DNA from: Kondoa subrosea
Taxonomy: Eukaryota
Length of the DNA: 64,000 bases
Direction of reading: 5' to 3'
NCBI GenBank assembly: GCA_039545335.1
Contig: BCIN01000001.1
Location: 4,129,347-4,193,346, forward strand
Shown here: positions 24,703 through 38,149 of the stretch, piece after piece
Layout of the letters: each line of letters starts with the position of its first letter
How positions within the stretch are numbered: position 1 is the first letter of the stretch
The notes under the pieces: model-generated
Seen by the model: the letters and a program-made list of their open reading frames with translations, nothing else
Told to the model about the DNA's origin: nothing
The model's database searches: none
Position numbers and translations under genes: made by a program

Positions 24703-27173
24703 ATGACTTCTATCGTCCATTCACTCGAAAGTACTCAGGGCTCTCAGCCTATTATCTCTTCGCGTCGCACTTATTACGGTAAACTCTCAACGAAACGTAA
24801 GCATACAAACTTTATCTATCTTCAGCTACTTCTGATCCCTTTGGACAGGCCAGGAAAAACGCTTCGAGTCCGATCAGAACAACAACAAGAATAACGCCAC
24901 CGCTGAGAACACCAGTGAGTTGTCCGTCACTGGAGGTAGCAGCAACAACAACAACAACAACAACAACAGCAGCAGCAATGACTTGGGAGACAAGAGTCAG
25001 TTGCACTGTTTTGCATTTTGAGCTCTCGCTAACGTTTCCATTTGATAGGTTATGGCGAAGAATGTTCGGTTGTCTTATCTTATAAGTATGTCTATAGGCT
25101 GACTTGCAGGATAGTCAATCTTTCTGGTGTTTCTCAAGAAGATGATGATCAGTCTGCAAAGACTGATGAATGTGCGTTCCTTGCTTCGCTGTGATGCTCA
25201 AAAGCTGACTCATCTATAGTTTTTAACAACCTCTTTGGTGAGAGATTTTACTTCGCGCATTTGCCCTTATCTGATTACATCTCATCAGATGGCTCCACTC
25301 TCGAAATGACTAGTTCAGCTGCTTCAGTTGATGGTGAGTTTCGCTTTATTGTTCGCTTTCGTGGTCTCATGCCTTTTAACTTCCAGCTGCTACTGCTGCT
25401 TCTTTCCCCAATATCGGTGCAACTGGTGAAGACGATGATTTCGATGCAGGTAAGCTACTCTCTCTATGGTTCGCCGCCATTGTAGCTTATGCCTCCTCTT
25501 GCTTTAGCTGCTGCTACTACTAGTATGTCGCTACTTTTTGCGATCTCTTTATGTACTGATGGCTGCCTCGTTATCTCTAGCTGGTCCTGGTGTCCCTCCT
25601 GGTGCCACTAGTCTAGGTAAGTAATCTGCCTTGGCAGACTTCTTTGGTGTCTGACTTCCATACGTTGTAGCTCCTTCTTCTTCTTCAGAGAAAGTGTATA
25701 ACAGCGATTATGACTCCTCCACTGATGATGGTGAGTGAACTTCTTCTGTTTATATTCTAAGACACTGATCGAGTTGTTGACAGAGGATTTTGGTGAGACT
25801 CTCACAGTAGGATAGATGCTTTTGCTGATAAATATCCAGGCGCACACAATTCTACACGATTTGGTGTTTCTTATTACGCTGAGCCTATGAAGGCTTCCGG
25901 CGAAGGAGGTCGGTCTCTTTTCAGAACAGCTGAAGCATTCGCTCATTTCTTGCCGATCTTCAGATGATGCTGGTAAGGTCTAAAGGTCTACACTCTTTAC
26001 GCTGTCTGAATATTTCGGACAGGCGCACTGGCTAAAGATGTCATCCCTCATGACTCAGCTAACGATATTCATGAGTTGCGCAAAAGTGTGGACAAGATGC
26101 TTGAGTACGTTCATCTGCTGCTCCAATGTTGACGATAAGCTTATGGTCTCTGAAGCATTTCTGAAATCGCCAATGATCCAGAAGGTAGGCAATCCCTTGA
26201 TCTCGAAAACGATTCTAATGTGCCTCTTCACGAACACGAAGATCCGGTTCTTGATTTGACTAATGATGAAGGCATGTTAGTTGCTCGTGATGTTGATGAT
26301 GCGGTTATGGGTGAGTGCAAATCTTCTACCGAAGTATCGTCTTCTTCCTCATACACTGCCCAGCAGATGGACGAACCATATTCAATTACGATCAGCAGAA
26401 TAACGTCAATTCTTTCAACTCGGTTTCAGAAGAGGAACAAGAAGAAGCAGAAGTTAGTACTGCCGCACGTTCTAATGCAGAGGACTCCGACCCTGTCATT
26501 TCTCTTGGCGAGGACGAAATCTGTACGTTGCCTGTGTCTGGTCAAATCAAGTCTGATGACGGAGCTTAGTCGTTGCACTACCTGAAAGATATGCCTATTG
26601 GAGGGCTGTTACCTTCAGTTATAAAGTAGAATTCATTCGTACGTAATTTGCTTCCAGATATACTGAATGGCGGTCCTCAACCTGCTATGTGCTGTCTACA
26701 GCATTACCGAATAACACTGGCCACCCGTTCTTTAATCAAGCTGAACTCAACGCTCTTCCGCTTGGAGCTGTGAAACCAATCACGGAAGCTGAAGCAGAAC
26801 GTCGACATTTTTCGAATCCTGCAGTCTGGATTCGATCTTGTTCATGCTTGCTTGATGGGGAACCTGAATTCTACTGGGGCATCATCAGTCAGTTTCTACC
26901 TTCCGTGATATGTCTCGCAGCTTAAAGTCATTACAGTCGATCCCAACGATCCCGAAGAGAGTAAGTGAGCTCAATCTGCTTCATTACAAGCCAAATCTAG
27001 CCTATCAGAACGGGAAGCAAAGGAAGAAGAGAGAATGGGTCATAATGCTGATGCTCATTACTGGGATAGTAAGTTGCAGCTCTTCTTTCTGGATCCCTTG
27101 CTAATCGAGTCTGCAAGATCACTTTCCAGTTTGCCCTGGTGTGATTGCTATGCGAAAGCTCCGGGGAGTCTGA
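24703..27173 (+). CDS. Orphan acidic, largely disordered protein (~471 aa) encoded by 21 exons, mostly symmetric phase-1 exons
   Basis: Exons 24703-24778, 24849-24995, 25049-25063, 25115-25171, 25220-25237, 25289-25333, 25387-25449, 25508-25522, 25581-25616, 25671-25730, 25784-25792, 25840-25908, 25964-25972, 26023-26104, 26156-26310, 26367-26522, 26570-26638, 26702-26887, 26928-26960, 27009-27068 and 27118-27173, all GT..AG flanked, join into one stop-free 1416-nt frame. Confidence 0.72.
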
Positions 27174-27313
27174 TCTGGAATTCTATGTCGTTCGAGCTCA
27201 AGGACTCTTGCTCTCTTTGTATTGGATCTGCATAGTATTGATTGGTTATTTGATAATATTAGCATCTCTCGTTTTCGGTATGACATTTTCTTGCTCTTGA
27301 CCACGACTTGCGA

Positions 27314-28824
27314 ATGGCAGCAAAAGTGAAAAGATCTGCTCCTTCGATTTCTACTACCGACCATGCAAGCAAGAAGCAAAAGCTAGCAGCTGAGCCTGTT
27401 TCCAAGGGCAAAGAAAAAGCAGTGGAAGAGCAGTCAGAACCAGTTTATGATTCATTTCAGTTAGTAGCAGGATCATATGAACGAATTCTGTATGGTTTAG
27501 AAGGTCGCTTTGCTACGAGCACGTCTACCATAAACTTGAAGCCAATCTTTTCATTTCCTGCACATTTATCATGCATCAAGACTTTAGCTGCTTCTTCAGG
27601 TGGAAACGCAAAGAAAAGTTGGTTAGCTACTGCTTCTACAGATGAGAATATCAAGATTTGGTCTTTACATAGAAGGAAAGAGATGGGTTCTTTAATGGCT
27701 CATGAAGGTGCTGTGACTTGTATGCGAGCAGTAGGCCAAGATGGGAAATATTTGGTTACTGCTTCATCGGATGAAACGCTTCAATTACTTAGAACGAAAG
27801 ATTGGTCGGTTTTGAGAAGCTTTAAAGGTCATAAAGGAAGAGTGAACGATGTTGCTGTGCACCCGAAAGGAAGGATAGCTTTAAGTGTTGGTCAGGATCG
27901 CACATTGAGAATGTGGGATTTGCTTGGTAGCTCTGGTCAGGCAGCTGGAGGTGGAAAGCAAGGTTCAAGCAGTACGAAGCTAGGAGCGGGTGAGCCCATT
28001 TGCTCCTCAGACGCGGGAATGGAGCTGATTATCGACTTATTGACTTCAGAGGGTGATCTCGTGCGATGGAACAGCAAAGGCGATCTCTTCGTTGTGATAT
28101 GCGACCGAGAACTCAGATTGTACAAGACTGTAAGCGAGCCTTTTTTTTGACTGAGAGGCATCTCTGATTCCATTTACAGGATATGACTGTTCTTACTACC
28201 CTCGAATCAAAATTCCGCTTCCACGATGTTCATTTCTTTCAGGTTGAAGGCGTATCGGAAGAATTGATGTGCGTTGCTTGCGAAGATGGGAAAGGACGAA
28301 TCTACGCTATTCCAGCTGAAGCACCTACTTCGGAGTCTCCGTTAAAATGCGTAGCGGAATTAGTAGGGCACTCAAAACGGTTCGTTCTTCTCCTCTACTA
28401 GGTATTTGGACACTGATGATTGCGCAGAATCAAATCCATTCAGTCCCTACTTCTCTCTTCAGCGGATGACAATGCCCAACGTATGATCAGTACTATCTCA
28501 TCAGACGGCTTCATCCATCTATACAACCTATCTACATCTTCTAAAGCTATTGCATCGAATCCAGAAACGCCTGTTCAAGTAGAACCGATAACGAAACATG
28601 ATACTAAAGGATCTAGGCTGATTTGTCTTGCTACTGTTGGCTTCAAGAAAGGACAAGAAAGTGCGGTCGAGGTAGAGGAAGAGAGTGGGAGCGAGTCAGG
28701 TTCAGATGTCAGCGGAAGTGGAGAAGAAGAGGATAGCGATAATGAGGCATCAGAAGAGGAGGAGGATGTCGAGCAAGAAGCAGATGCGATAGAAGGAGAA
28801 GAATGGGGAGGTATTGGCGAATAA
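27314..28824 (+). CDS. MAK11: WD40 60S biogenesis factor Mak11/PAK1IP1
   Basis: VAGSYERILYG, FSFPAHLSCIK, GHKGRVNDVAVHPKGRIALSVGQDRTLRMWDL, GHSKRIKS and an acidic tail. Confidence 0.9.
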
Positions 28825-28875
28825 ATGCTATCATCTTCATAATTCGCTTGTATGACGCTTGCTTTCGAACCAATT

Positions 28876-30399
28876 ATGTCGCACAATCCTTTTGCTCCGC
28901 CAGCACCGCAACCGTTACACGAGGGTAACATCTTGAACCCTTTCAATCCAGATCCTTCGCAGCGCTTTCCCTCACTCGAGCAGCAACAAGCTCAGAATCA
29001 GAATGTACAACCGAATTATGGCTATGCTCAGCCTCAACAGCAGCAGCAATACATGTCTCAAGGTTATCAGCAACAACCTATGCAACAGCAGCAGCAAGTC
29101 CCTGCTTCCTCTGGTTCTGGCTTTCGACCAAGTTCCTCTTTCGGGCAGCAATTGGAATATCAGATGACTGGAGCTTATGGTCCTTCTCAGCAACAGAACA
29201 ATCATGCTTTCCAAGATCTGGATCCTTATTCTAGTCTAGGTCAAACGAATTGGGCTCAACCTAGTCAATCCCAACAGTCGCAATACGGTCAGCAGCAAGG
29301 ACTTATGCCACCTTCTTCTCAGGGTAGTAGTGGTAGTAGTGGGATAAATTATGCTGGAAAGATACATCCTAGAGAAGTAGTCAAGAATAGGAAACAAGAT
29401 CTAGGTTCGTACCCAATCGCCTTTGAAGTCTCGATTATGAGATTCAATCGAATGGACGAACAGAAAGCTGGAATATGTCAAGCTGGAAATCGCTCGATAA
29501 TTCGCTCAAGGATGTTCAGCAAGCTTGGGAAAGAAGGAAACAGCAAGTTCTTAGTGCACTTGATGGACAAGGTCGACGGAGTTTGAGTCATGAAGAGCTG
29601 AATCGGTTCCAGAGCGTGCGTTTTCGTTTCTATCTTCTTCGTTGCGAAGTAGAGAATAAACGACGGATTGCACAGTTATTGAAAGATGCGGAATCGAATT
29701 TGGATTTATTGGTCGCTGCTATGCTACAAATATCGGAAGTGGAACAAGGATACAGGGTGAGATCTTCGACAGTCGTTCCAGTTAGCTGATGCGATGAGTG
29801 CGTTTTTTCACAGCATAGCACAGACGCATCTTCTCGAGCTAGAGTCAGAACTGCCTTAAATGAAAGTCTGCGGTCGATACCAGGTGAGAAACTCACTATT
29901 TCTATATCAGTAGCAGTGCTGATAGCAATGGGTTGGATCTTTTAGACTGGCCGTATGTGGTAATTGCTCGTGTGCGATTCTTTTCTCATACGCGGTTTCT
30001 CCCAACCCATACAGAGAGGATCTCTACACTGGACCAGCTCAACCTCAACCTTCTTCATCTCCTATGCCACAGCTCAATATCTCATCACCACCACCTCAAT
30101 CATTCGGTATGCAATATCAGCAAACAGGCTATCAACAAGCGCAGCAAACAGGCTATGCGCAATCTCAGCAGATGGGTTATCCTCAACAACAGTCAATGAA
30201 TTATCCTCAACAGCAGCAGTCAATGGGCTATCAGCAAACTGGATATCCGAATCAGAATATGATGATGCAACAACAACCTACCGGATATTATCCTCAGCAG
30301 GGACAACAAATGGCGCAGGGCTATCCACAGAGGTGCGCTCCTTTTGACTTTCTCGAATAGACCGAGACTGAATTCACAACCAGTTGGAATCCGATCTAA
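28876..30399 (+). CDS. Gln-rich protein with NPF and xxQxTG motifs flanking a helical core
   Basis: ORFs 28852-29586, 29475-29789 and 30064-30360 join via short introns. NPF x2, LEYQMTG, MQYQQTG, MGYQQTG and MQQQPTG. Confidence 0.75.
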
Positions 30400-30543
30400 C
30401 ATGCTCCTGCGCTGAAGTAGAAGTGAAGGGGAACGATGACCGTGTAGCTGTATCGAGTATGATAATATTTACACTATGTATTGCGATGAAGAAGGGACAA
30501 ATGCTCTACGAAACCTCTCGAATGCCTGCCAGAAAGTCCATAA

Positions 30544-30943
30544 TTATAGCATCAGATCTTCGTGCATCCTTAGTTTCGAGTTCTTTGGTGCTGTACAAGA
30601 TAGTCAAGACATATCTCCATAGAGAGAAGTCTGCGAGAACAAGCGTACCGATCAATGGATGTAATTGAGCCTGTGCGAATCAATCAATATAGGAGATACA
30701 CAGGTAAGAAGTAAACGTACGAGATATGTGATTGCCCACATGACAGTACAACAAGTAATAGTCAAGCAGATCATAGTCCTTATAACCCTGTGCTCGTCAA
30801 CCAAAGTCTTTAAGAAGCGCTCAAACTTCATACAGACTAGGTGAGACGCACGTTTGGTTATCTCCTTTTGGTACTACAGTGAATCCACCTGCTGCAATAC
30901 CAGCCATAACGGCCATTACGATGAGAATTGTCCAGCCTGACAT
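30544..30943 (-). CDS. VMA9: V-ATPase V0 subunit e
   Basis: Spliced MSGWTILIVMAVMAGIAAGGFTVVPKGDNQT...MICLTITCCTVMWAITYL|AQLHPLI|..PKNSKLR matches the subunit e motif WAITYLAQLHPL. Confidence 0.88.
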
Positions 30944-32152
30944 TTGCTTGGATTGTTTGATGAAGGAGTGGGAGAAGGGGAGGTCTGCAAATATGGCAGC
31001 GGAGTATGAGTACTAGTCTCATAGCTATGCTCCATCACTTGCCTGAGGCGAATGCAATCACGGTTTGTGGTCAAGAGCTAGCTTGGACCCATCCAACGAC
31101 GAATGCAAGAAAAAGGCGAATACCAGAGCTAGAGTGATACCCAAAGCAGCGACCACGCTGTCATGGATATATTATGCTATATTGCATGCACGCTAGGATT
31201 TGGACAACGGCAGAACCCTTGAAGGCTGGAATCTGATCCCGTGCAATATTCGTGGTGCCGATGTATCTTGTTCAGCTTGTACTATTCCGCTCGACTCTAG
31301 CAACATCGTTCAAGTAGATTTGGAGAATCCACTTTTGGAACTTTACGTCGAGGGCTCAATCTGACCTAAAGACTCTCGCAAAGCCAGCTTGCTCTACTCC
31401 TCTCGCTCATTACTGTATTCTATCGGTGACAGACGTCAACCTTCGCTTGTGTGATTTCATTGTCACTGAATTGGCCAAATGCTAAGATGGATACCAACTT
31501 AATCCCAGCCCAATGAATGCTCTTATCAGACACAACAATCTTCTCTTGACTAGGAGTGACTAACATTCATAAAGACTGTCAGAAAATAGAAGTGCATCAT
31601 CCGACTAGCCGATATTCGCAAGCGGCACCCAATTCGTACGACAAACAAACGATCTTCAGCTCTATGAACACCAGACAAAAATGTATTTTTTCACGGAGTC
31701 GTATCGCCGGCCGCTTTATCCTTTTTCACTTGGATCAATATTACCGAGAACCGAACTTCGCTCGGAAGACGCTGCAGCTGGAAATATCTGCAGTCAATTG
31801 CACATGGATGTCCAGATCAGCATGTATTTACGTATAGTGACTGTTATGCTACAATCGAGGTATTAATTTTCATCCGAATACAGTTCCCATACTCAAATCT
31901 TTCGTCGTTTTCGGTTGCTCTTATCTGAACTTATGACCTACCCTTCACCTACCTTGTCTGTGTGCACTGTCCTCAGTATGTATATTTCTCGGTCTCGGTC
32001 AACACAAGACGACTTCTGTTCATATATCTGATAACTTCTGTTTAAGCATTCTGTATCCAAGTTCTGGCGAACGGACCCTCATGTTGCACCCTCGATTCGC
32101 TTCAATCTGCTTCTCTTGCTCTACCGTCTCTCTTTTCCTCCGCTCGTTCATC

Positions 32153-34492
32153 ATGCTGTTCCTCTTCTTTCTTGCTGCTGTGCAGCTCGTTTCTGGAGAA
32201 ATGTTCAAAAGTAAGCTCGACTTCAATGCGCTTCAGCCTTACTGATTAGTCACTATGATAGATCAGCCTAGCGTTCTTCTCACTGCTCGGCTGGACCCGG
32301 TGATTAGTCCAATAGGCATCCCATTGCTGCCTTCACGTACGAAGCTGATTATGTAACCTATTGCAGGGCAAAGTCTCAAGTCATGTACACGGTTCGTGGA
32401 TCTCTATCAGTCACTTCAGGTAATTTACGCCATCGATCTTTTGAACAGGAGTCTTCGGCGGATCTGGATTTCTAGGAGCAGGCTTAAACACGTCTTACGA
32501 AGGTATATTCTTAACCCTACTTAGACAAGACAGCAGACTGATGAGCGTGAAATAGAACTACAAGCTTCGGATTGCACTACCAACAGCATTGTACAAGACA
32601 AATCTGCTTATTGGTCGCCTGAATTGTACTTTGCTTGGGCAAATGGAAGTTTTTCGCATGTTAATAGGTAAGCGATATCAATGCACTCGTATACAGAGTC
32701 TGATTCGCTATTTCTAAAGGGAACGCTGATATGGGCATGAATGTATGTATGCACTATTCGCACCGCAATATCATGATTTGACGCGTTCCGTTCTCAGGTC
32801 TATTACTATGCTGTATGTTCACTTGCTTACTTGACTACTTTCTTGGCTGAGTTCTGCCCAGCGTCGATCTGCGAAAGTTCCGGATGAAGAAGTGTGAGTT
32901 GGATGAACATGTGGAAATAACGAGACTGACCTTCCTTACTCATGTCAGTCACGAGTTTCCTCCTGGTGAGTCTTTGGATGACTGAATGCGATTCTCTTCT
33001 GATACTGACCACTGTCTTCAGGATTCCGTATGATTGCTGGAAACAACGCTCTTCGAACTGGAAACGATTTCCAAGCCAGTTCGGTTTCAATTAGTTTCAG
33101 TCCGTTAAGCACGATTTCTTGCGCTCTCAGGTCCTGATTGGCAGTATAATAGGCTGCTATGGGTACAGCGAAGGTCACGCTCTTCCTCAAACAGACAAGT
33201 GCGATCCTTTCTTACGCGCTCAGACTTATTTCCCGGTAAGTTCTGTCCCAAGCACAATTACTTTTCCTAACATCTCTTTCAGTCCTGCTGGGTAAAGCAA
33301 TAAGAAACTACAGATATATTGCATCTGACGGCAGATTCAGGATGGTCACTCATTGGACAGTGATGAGTAAGCCTCATGACTATAGTCAGGCTTCAAGCTG
33401 ATATTTGTCCTTTCAAAAGCCACATGTCACATGTCTCTTTCCCTATCTTCGACGGCACGGGAGATTATCAAGCTGGTTCCGCCGGGGATAGGTGTGTTAC
33501 TCTCATATTCGTCGGAACGAAAGCAAGATTAATCTATTACTTGTAGATGCCCGACCTCTCATCCAAAGCGCCTGGTGACAATCTTCTACGAACGCGTGAG
33601 TGATAATTATAGAATGCAGAGGGGCTGTCTTATTGATCGAAGGACCAAACAGTTTTATCAGATGCAGACAGACACTTTCAGCTGGTATGATCATATGGAT
33701 GAGGCTCTTAACAAGACTGCTCCATGTAAGTCATGTCTCCGTTTGCGTTCTCTTCTGTTTACATTGTCGCAGTTACATTCTCGAACGGAGGTAAGGAGAG
33801 ATTCTGGAAAGCAGGCTATACTCTGGCTAAAGTGCTTACGACGTAGATCCTACTGGCCGAGGGTACCATTCTGATTTCATCAATGGTTGGGATAAAGGCG
33901 TGCTTTCTTCCATCGCCAAAGCGGTAAGCCACATTTCATCTTGCTCAAGTATCCCTCTGACTATATATGATCGTAGTGCCCCGAGAATGGTAACGGGGCG
34001 ACTATTTGCACTCAAGCGCTCCAGGAGTGAATTCTTACTGAGAACTTGTAGCTGTGTAGCTGATTTTGTCATCTCTAGTCAATACTTGACTGTCGACACA
34101 AGCAAGAAAGCCTCATGCAAACCCAAATTACCTGCTGAAGTAGCTAACGAAGCAACTGGAGCCGATGGAATGCCTATCGCTCAACTTCCGTTAGTCGTCT
34201 TTTCGCGACGATTGACCTATCCTGACAATGTTTTCGCAGTGGTAACAATCCAATCACCTGGAATGCCAACGCAAACTTTATGGGCACTCCCAATGGAGCT
34301 CCAGCTGCCTCTCCGTCTGGAGCTAATCAAGTCGCTGCATCTTTGAGCAGTGCAGCTGCAATGCTTCCCGCGACTGGAATTCAGGCTATTGCTTCTCCAA
34401 CTAAGTCTGTCAAGACTTCGACTGTCAAAGCTTCGAGCACTGGACGTCGCCGTCACCCTAAATTCTACCGCCCTTACCGTAAATTTGAGTAG
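32153..34492 (+). CDS. Secreted DUF1996-domain protein, very intron-dense
   Basis: Signal peptide MLFLFFLAAVQLVSG, then ARLDP, SSHVH, VFGGSGF, CTTNSIVQDKSAYWSPELYF, FLRAQTYFP|SCW|DG, CPTSHP, DFINGWDKGVL and an S/T/A-rich tail. Confidence 0.85.
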
Positions 34493-34676
34493 AGTTCTCG
34501 AACTGCGTTCGACTAGGTATCTTCAGGGAAGATTCGTTGTATTAGTAGGGTAGTATCAATCCATGCAGCTGGCACTGTATTTCACATCAATCTTCGAGAC
34601 TCCCTTCTCCGAATCGTCAACGCGTGTTATGACGCTCCGACCCCTTTACTCTCTTGCGACGACCATTGCAGGGCAA

Positions 34677-37600
34677 ATGGCACGTCCAGTAACGCTACCT
34701 CTCACCTTCAAAGACTGCTTCAATTCGTCTGAAGGTCTAGCTAGACTGCACAGCAAGCTTGATGCTAATTTAGAAGAGAATGCCTCACTATTGACCTACT
34801 TCAAGGCCAAAGCTGTGTCCGCTCGTGGTCATTCTCAAGACCTCTTCAACGCTCTACCACAAGCTGAAGCTAGTCAAAGAAGCTGGGAATACGATGGAGG
34901 TGCTTCGACTGAAAGAGCTGTGACTGCTTTGTTCCGTGAAACGCATCAGCAAGCTCAGCTGTACCGCAAAGTGTCGACTAACCTGGAGACGAAGCTTATT
35001 GATCCCTATGAGAATTGGGTTGATAGTCATAAGGATAGGATACTGCAAGCGAGGAAGACGCTCAATGCGGAGTATATACTGCCATTGGAAAAGGGCTTGA
35101 ACGATGTCAAGAAGCACAGAGATACATACGAGAGTACGTTGAGTCGTACAATAGAGCTGACTTCGAGCTCACCCCTATGTTCAGGTAAATGCATCAAGCT
35201 GGAAGAAGAGGAGGACGAAGCGCGACATCATGGCAGCGATACCCGTTCACCACCTGGCTCTTTGCCTGGATCGCCTTTACCTTCTTCAAGTCATTCTACT
35301 CCAGCAAAGACTGTTCTTTCCGCTCTTTCTATTCCCAATTCGCTGCAAGCTTCACCTCATTCACCTAAAGCCATTATGTCACCCGCTCAAGATTCAGCCG
35401 TGGATGAAGATACTGGCAACTCTTCTTTGCAGGAACTCGAACAGCAAGACAATTTACATACGAGTTTGAAGCGGAAACCAACAGTCATGGACCGCTTGAA
35501 AGCTTTAGCTCGAGACCCAAATAATCCGCAGCCTGCTACTATTGAGCCCGTACAAGAAGAAGAGGAAGAGAAGTTAGTAGCTAAAGAAGATGGACCAAAG
35601 ATCATTGAATTAGCTGGTCTATCGAACGGAACAAGAGAATGGTCTTCCCTCTTCAAACAAGCTCACAAAGATTTACCGAAACGGTCTCTCAAAATTCCGA
35701 TTGTTGGTGTGTATTCAGATGTTCATTCTGGCGCTGAACTGGTCGATTACTTTACCGAGCAACTGATTGGGTTGGAAAACGATCGTATCAGGACTGTCGA
35801 GTTCTTGCGACAGCTATGTGAGGATCTGTTATGCTTACGTTTGGTTGGAGAATTGGGTAATGAATTCAGGGACTCGCTAGGTCAGTATCGCTCTTGTCAA
35901 CTTCAGCGTCTGGCTAATAATGGTACCGATGGTGTCAGACTCTTTCTATCAATTCAAAGACGACGCTTTTCACCTCGATACTCTGCACGAACCGAAACCT
36001 GTTCTTCCGCCGCTTCCACCTTCAGAACCAAATTCGCCTTCTTTGTCAAGCGTCTCAGTCATGCCAAGTGCTTCTGCTATGCTCCAACGCTCGAATACTA
36101 TTCTTAGCTCACTTACTTCCTCCTTCACTCCAGCTTCGCCTAGCACTCGACTTCTGAAAGCAAGGCAAGAAGCTCAAAGCGCTTCAATAGCTTACAAAGC
36201 AGTAGTCAAACGAGTTGATCTCCTTCGACTAACAGTTGATCAACAAATCGAACTTTACCTCTCTTTCTTACAACGCGCTTCCCTCGATCGACTCCGATTT
36301 CTCAAAACTACTCTAGCAAGATATACTGCCATTATGGAAGCTGTTCGACCTATTTCACTGGTTAATGTAACGGAAGAAGTGAAGCTATTACAGGAAGCTA
36401 TTAATCCTGAACAAGACGTTCAATCCCTTTGTGAACTGTATCGCGTCACAAATGGGTATAGACCTAAAGCTGTGGTCTTCCAAGATCACTATAACGAGAC
36501 TTTGGATGTACATTTCGGAGTGGAGTTGAACAGATGGATCGAAGCGCATGAAAGCGCAGAGGGAGAAGTAGGTGTACCAGACGTACTGAAAGTTATGCTG
36601 GACTTTTTGAAGGAAGGCTATAGTAAAGTCGAAAACCCTGCAGGTCAGCGTCCTTTCCTAAGCTTCAGTATCATCACTGATGCGTACGATATGGGTTTTG
36701 ACAGACCGAAGAAGAGTTTGGTACCTTGATGTTCCACTTACTGCTTCTCATCGCCTTCGACAAGCTCTCAACGATGCGAAAGTGCCAGGTGGTGTGCCTA
36801 CGAATCTGCTGCGTCAATCGGACCTACCAGTAGTAGCTGCGACCGTCAAGCTGTATTTCCTGGAACTCGAGAACCCACCTTTACCTTATGTACAGTACGA
36901 AGATCTGAAACAACTGTATAAGGACAACGATAAGACTGGGTCGAACGATAAAAAAGTCGATGCTCTGAAAGAGCTCTTGCTCAGAGTACCTAGGATCAAT
37001 CTCCTTGTCATAGATGCCCTCGCCGTTCACCTGAAAGACTTGATGGACAGCACAAGAGGGGATTCAGTCGATGAGGATGAAGTATATTTGACAAAGTTGG
37101 GCTTGAGCGTCGGAAGATGTGAGAGCTCGCATATTGCAAATTGCACCAGGCTGATGATGTTTGCAGGTCTGGTCCGACCAAAGATCGATACACCTGTTAC
37201 TCTGACTGATCGAGCGCCTACATACTTCTCATCGGATCTCGTTCGACTTCGTGATCAGATTCTACCTTCTATAATTGAAGCTCGAGGCCAGAGGGAGAAA
37301 GATCGCTTCAAGCCCAAACGGAAAAGGACTGCACCAGTCGATCAACGACTGAGTCGCAGTCAATTGAATGGCTTGGATACAAATGAGCAACATCGTCTGC
37401 TAGAAGAACAGCAGCAACAGAAAGATCCTCGCCGGTCATCTAGAATTTTAGACAAGCCTGATCTTCCACCTCTTCCCTCCTCTGAATCCCACGAAAGGCA
37501 AGAGCGAGTGACAGAAGCAACTCCTCCTGTGCCTAAAGTACCAGAAGTACCTATAGCGGCTGCAAATGCTGAAGATGCACCATTTGTGCCGCCTGAAGAT

Positions 37601-38149
37601 TCCTCTGAGGATGAGCCGGACTCTTTCGTCGAAGCCGTCTCAACGCCCAATGTCAATAATAGGTCGATCAGTCCTGCTCCGCCGGTCAAAGTTGCTGAAG
37701 AAATCAAACCACCTTCGCCGGATCCTGTCAAATCGAAACCAGTTGATACAATACGGCAACCTGAAGCTATCCGTCAACCTGAATCTATTTCTTATATGCC
37801 GCCTGTATCGAATCGAGCTAGTAGGGTTCGACACGATGCACCTTTTGTCCCGCCTTCAGAAGCTCAAGATCCACCTTTCAGTCCTCCAATTGATGAAGAT
37901 GTACCTCTTGTTGCCCAAGCTAGTCCAGCTTTGGGCCGAAGCGGAACAGCGGAAAAAGTGAACCCTTTGACTAGATCTGGTAGAGTTGCTCGAGGACCTA
38001 GACCAATTTCAATTGGTGAGGCAGCTAGAATACCGTAAGCGGAGGAGTCTTTGAGCGTCGATCCACGCTGATATCTACTGCTACGTTACAGGACTGGGAC
38101 GGTTGCAGCAGCTGCACAACGCTTTGGTGCCTCGCAATCACCTCGCTAA
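34677..38149 (+). CDS. F-BAR + DEP + RhoGAP protein (Rgd2/Rga8-like)
   Basis: LPLTFKDCF N-terminus, coiled-coil F-BAR, SGAELVDYF DEP-like insert, HFGVEL, RRRVWYLDVPL and ATVKLYFLELENP, then a Pro-rich tail. Confidence 0.85.

Noticed and set aside
31000..32100. Possible gene between VMA9 and the DUF1996 gene
   Set aside because: Only short ORFs. The region is consistent with a divergent promoter and spliced 5'UTR.
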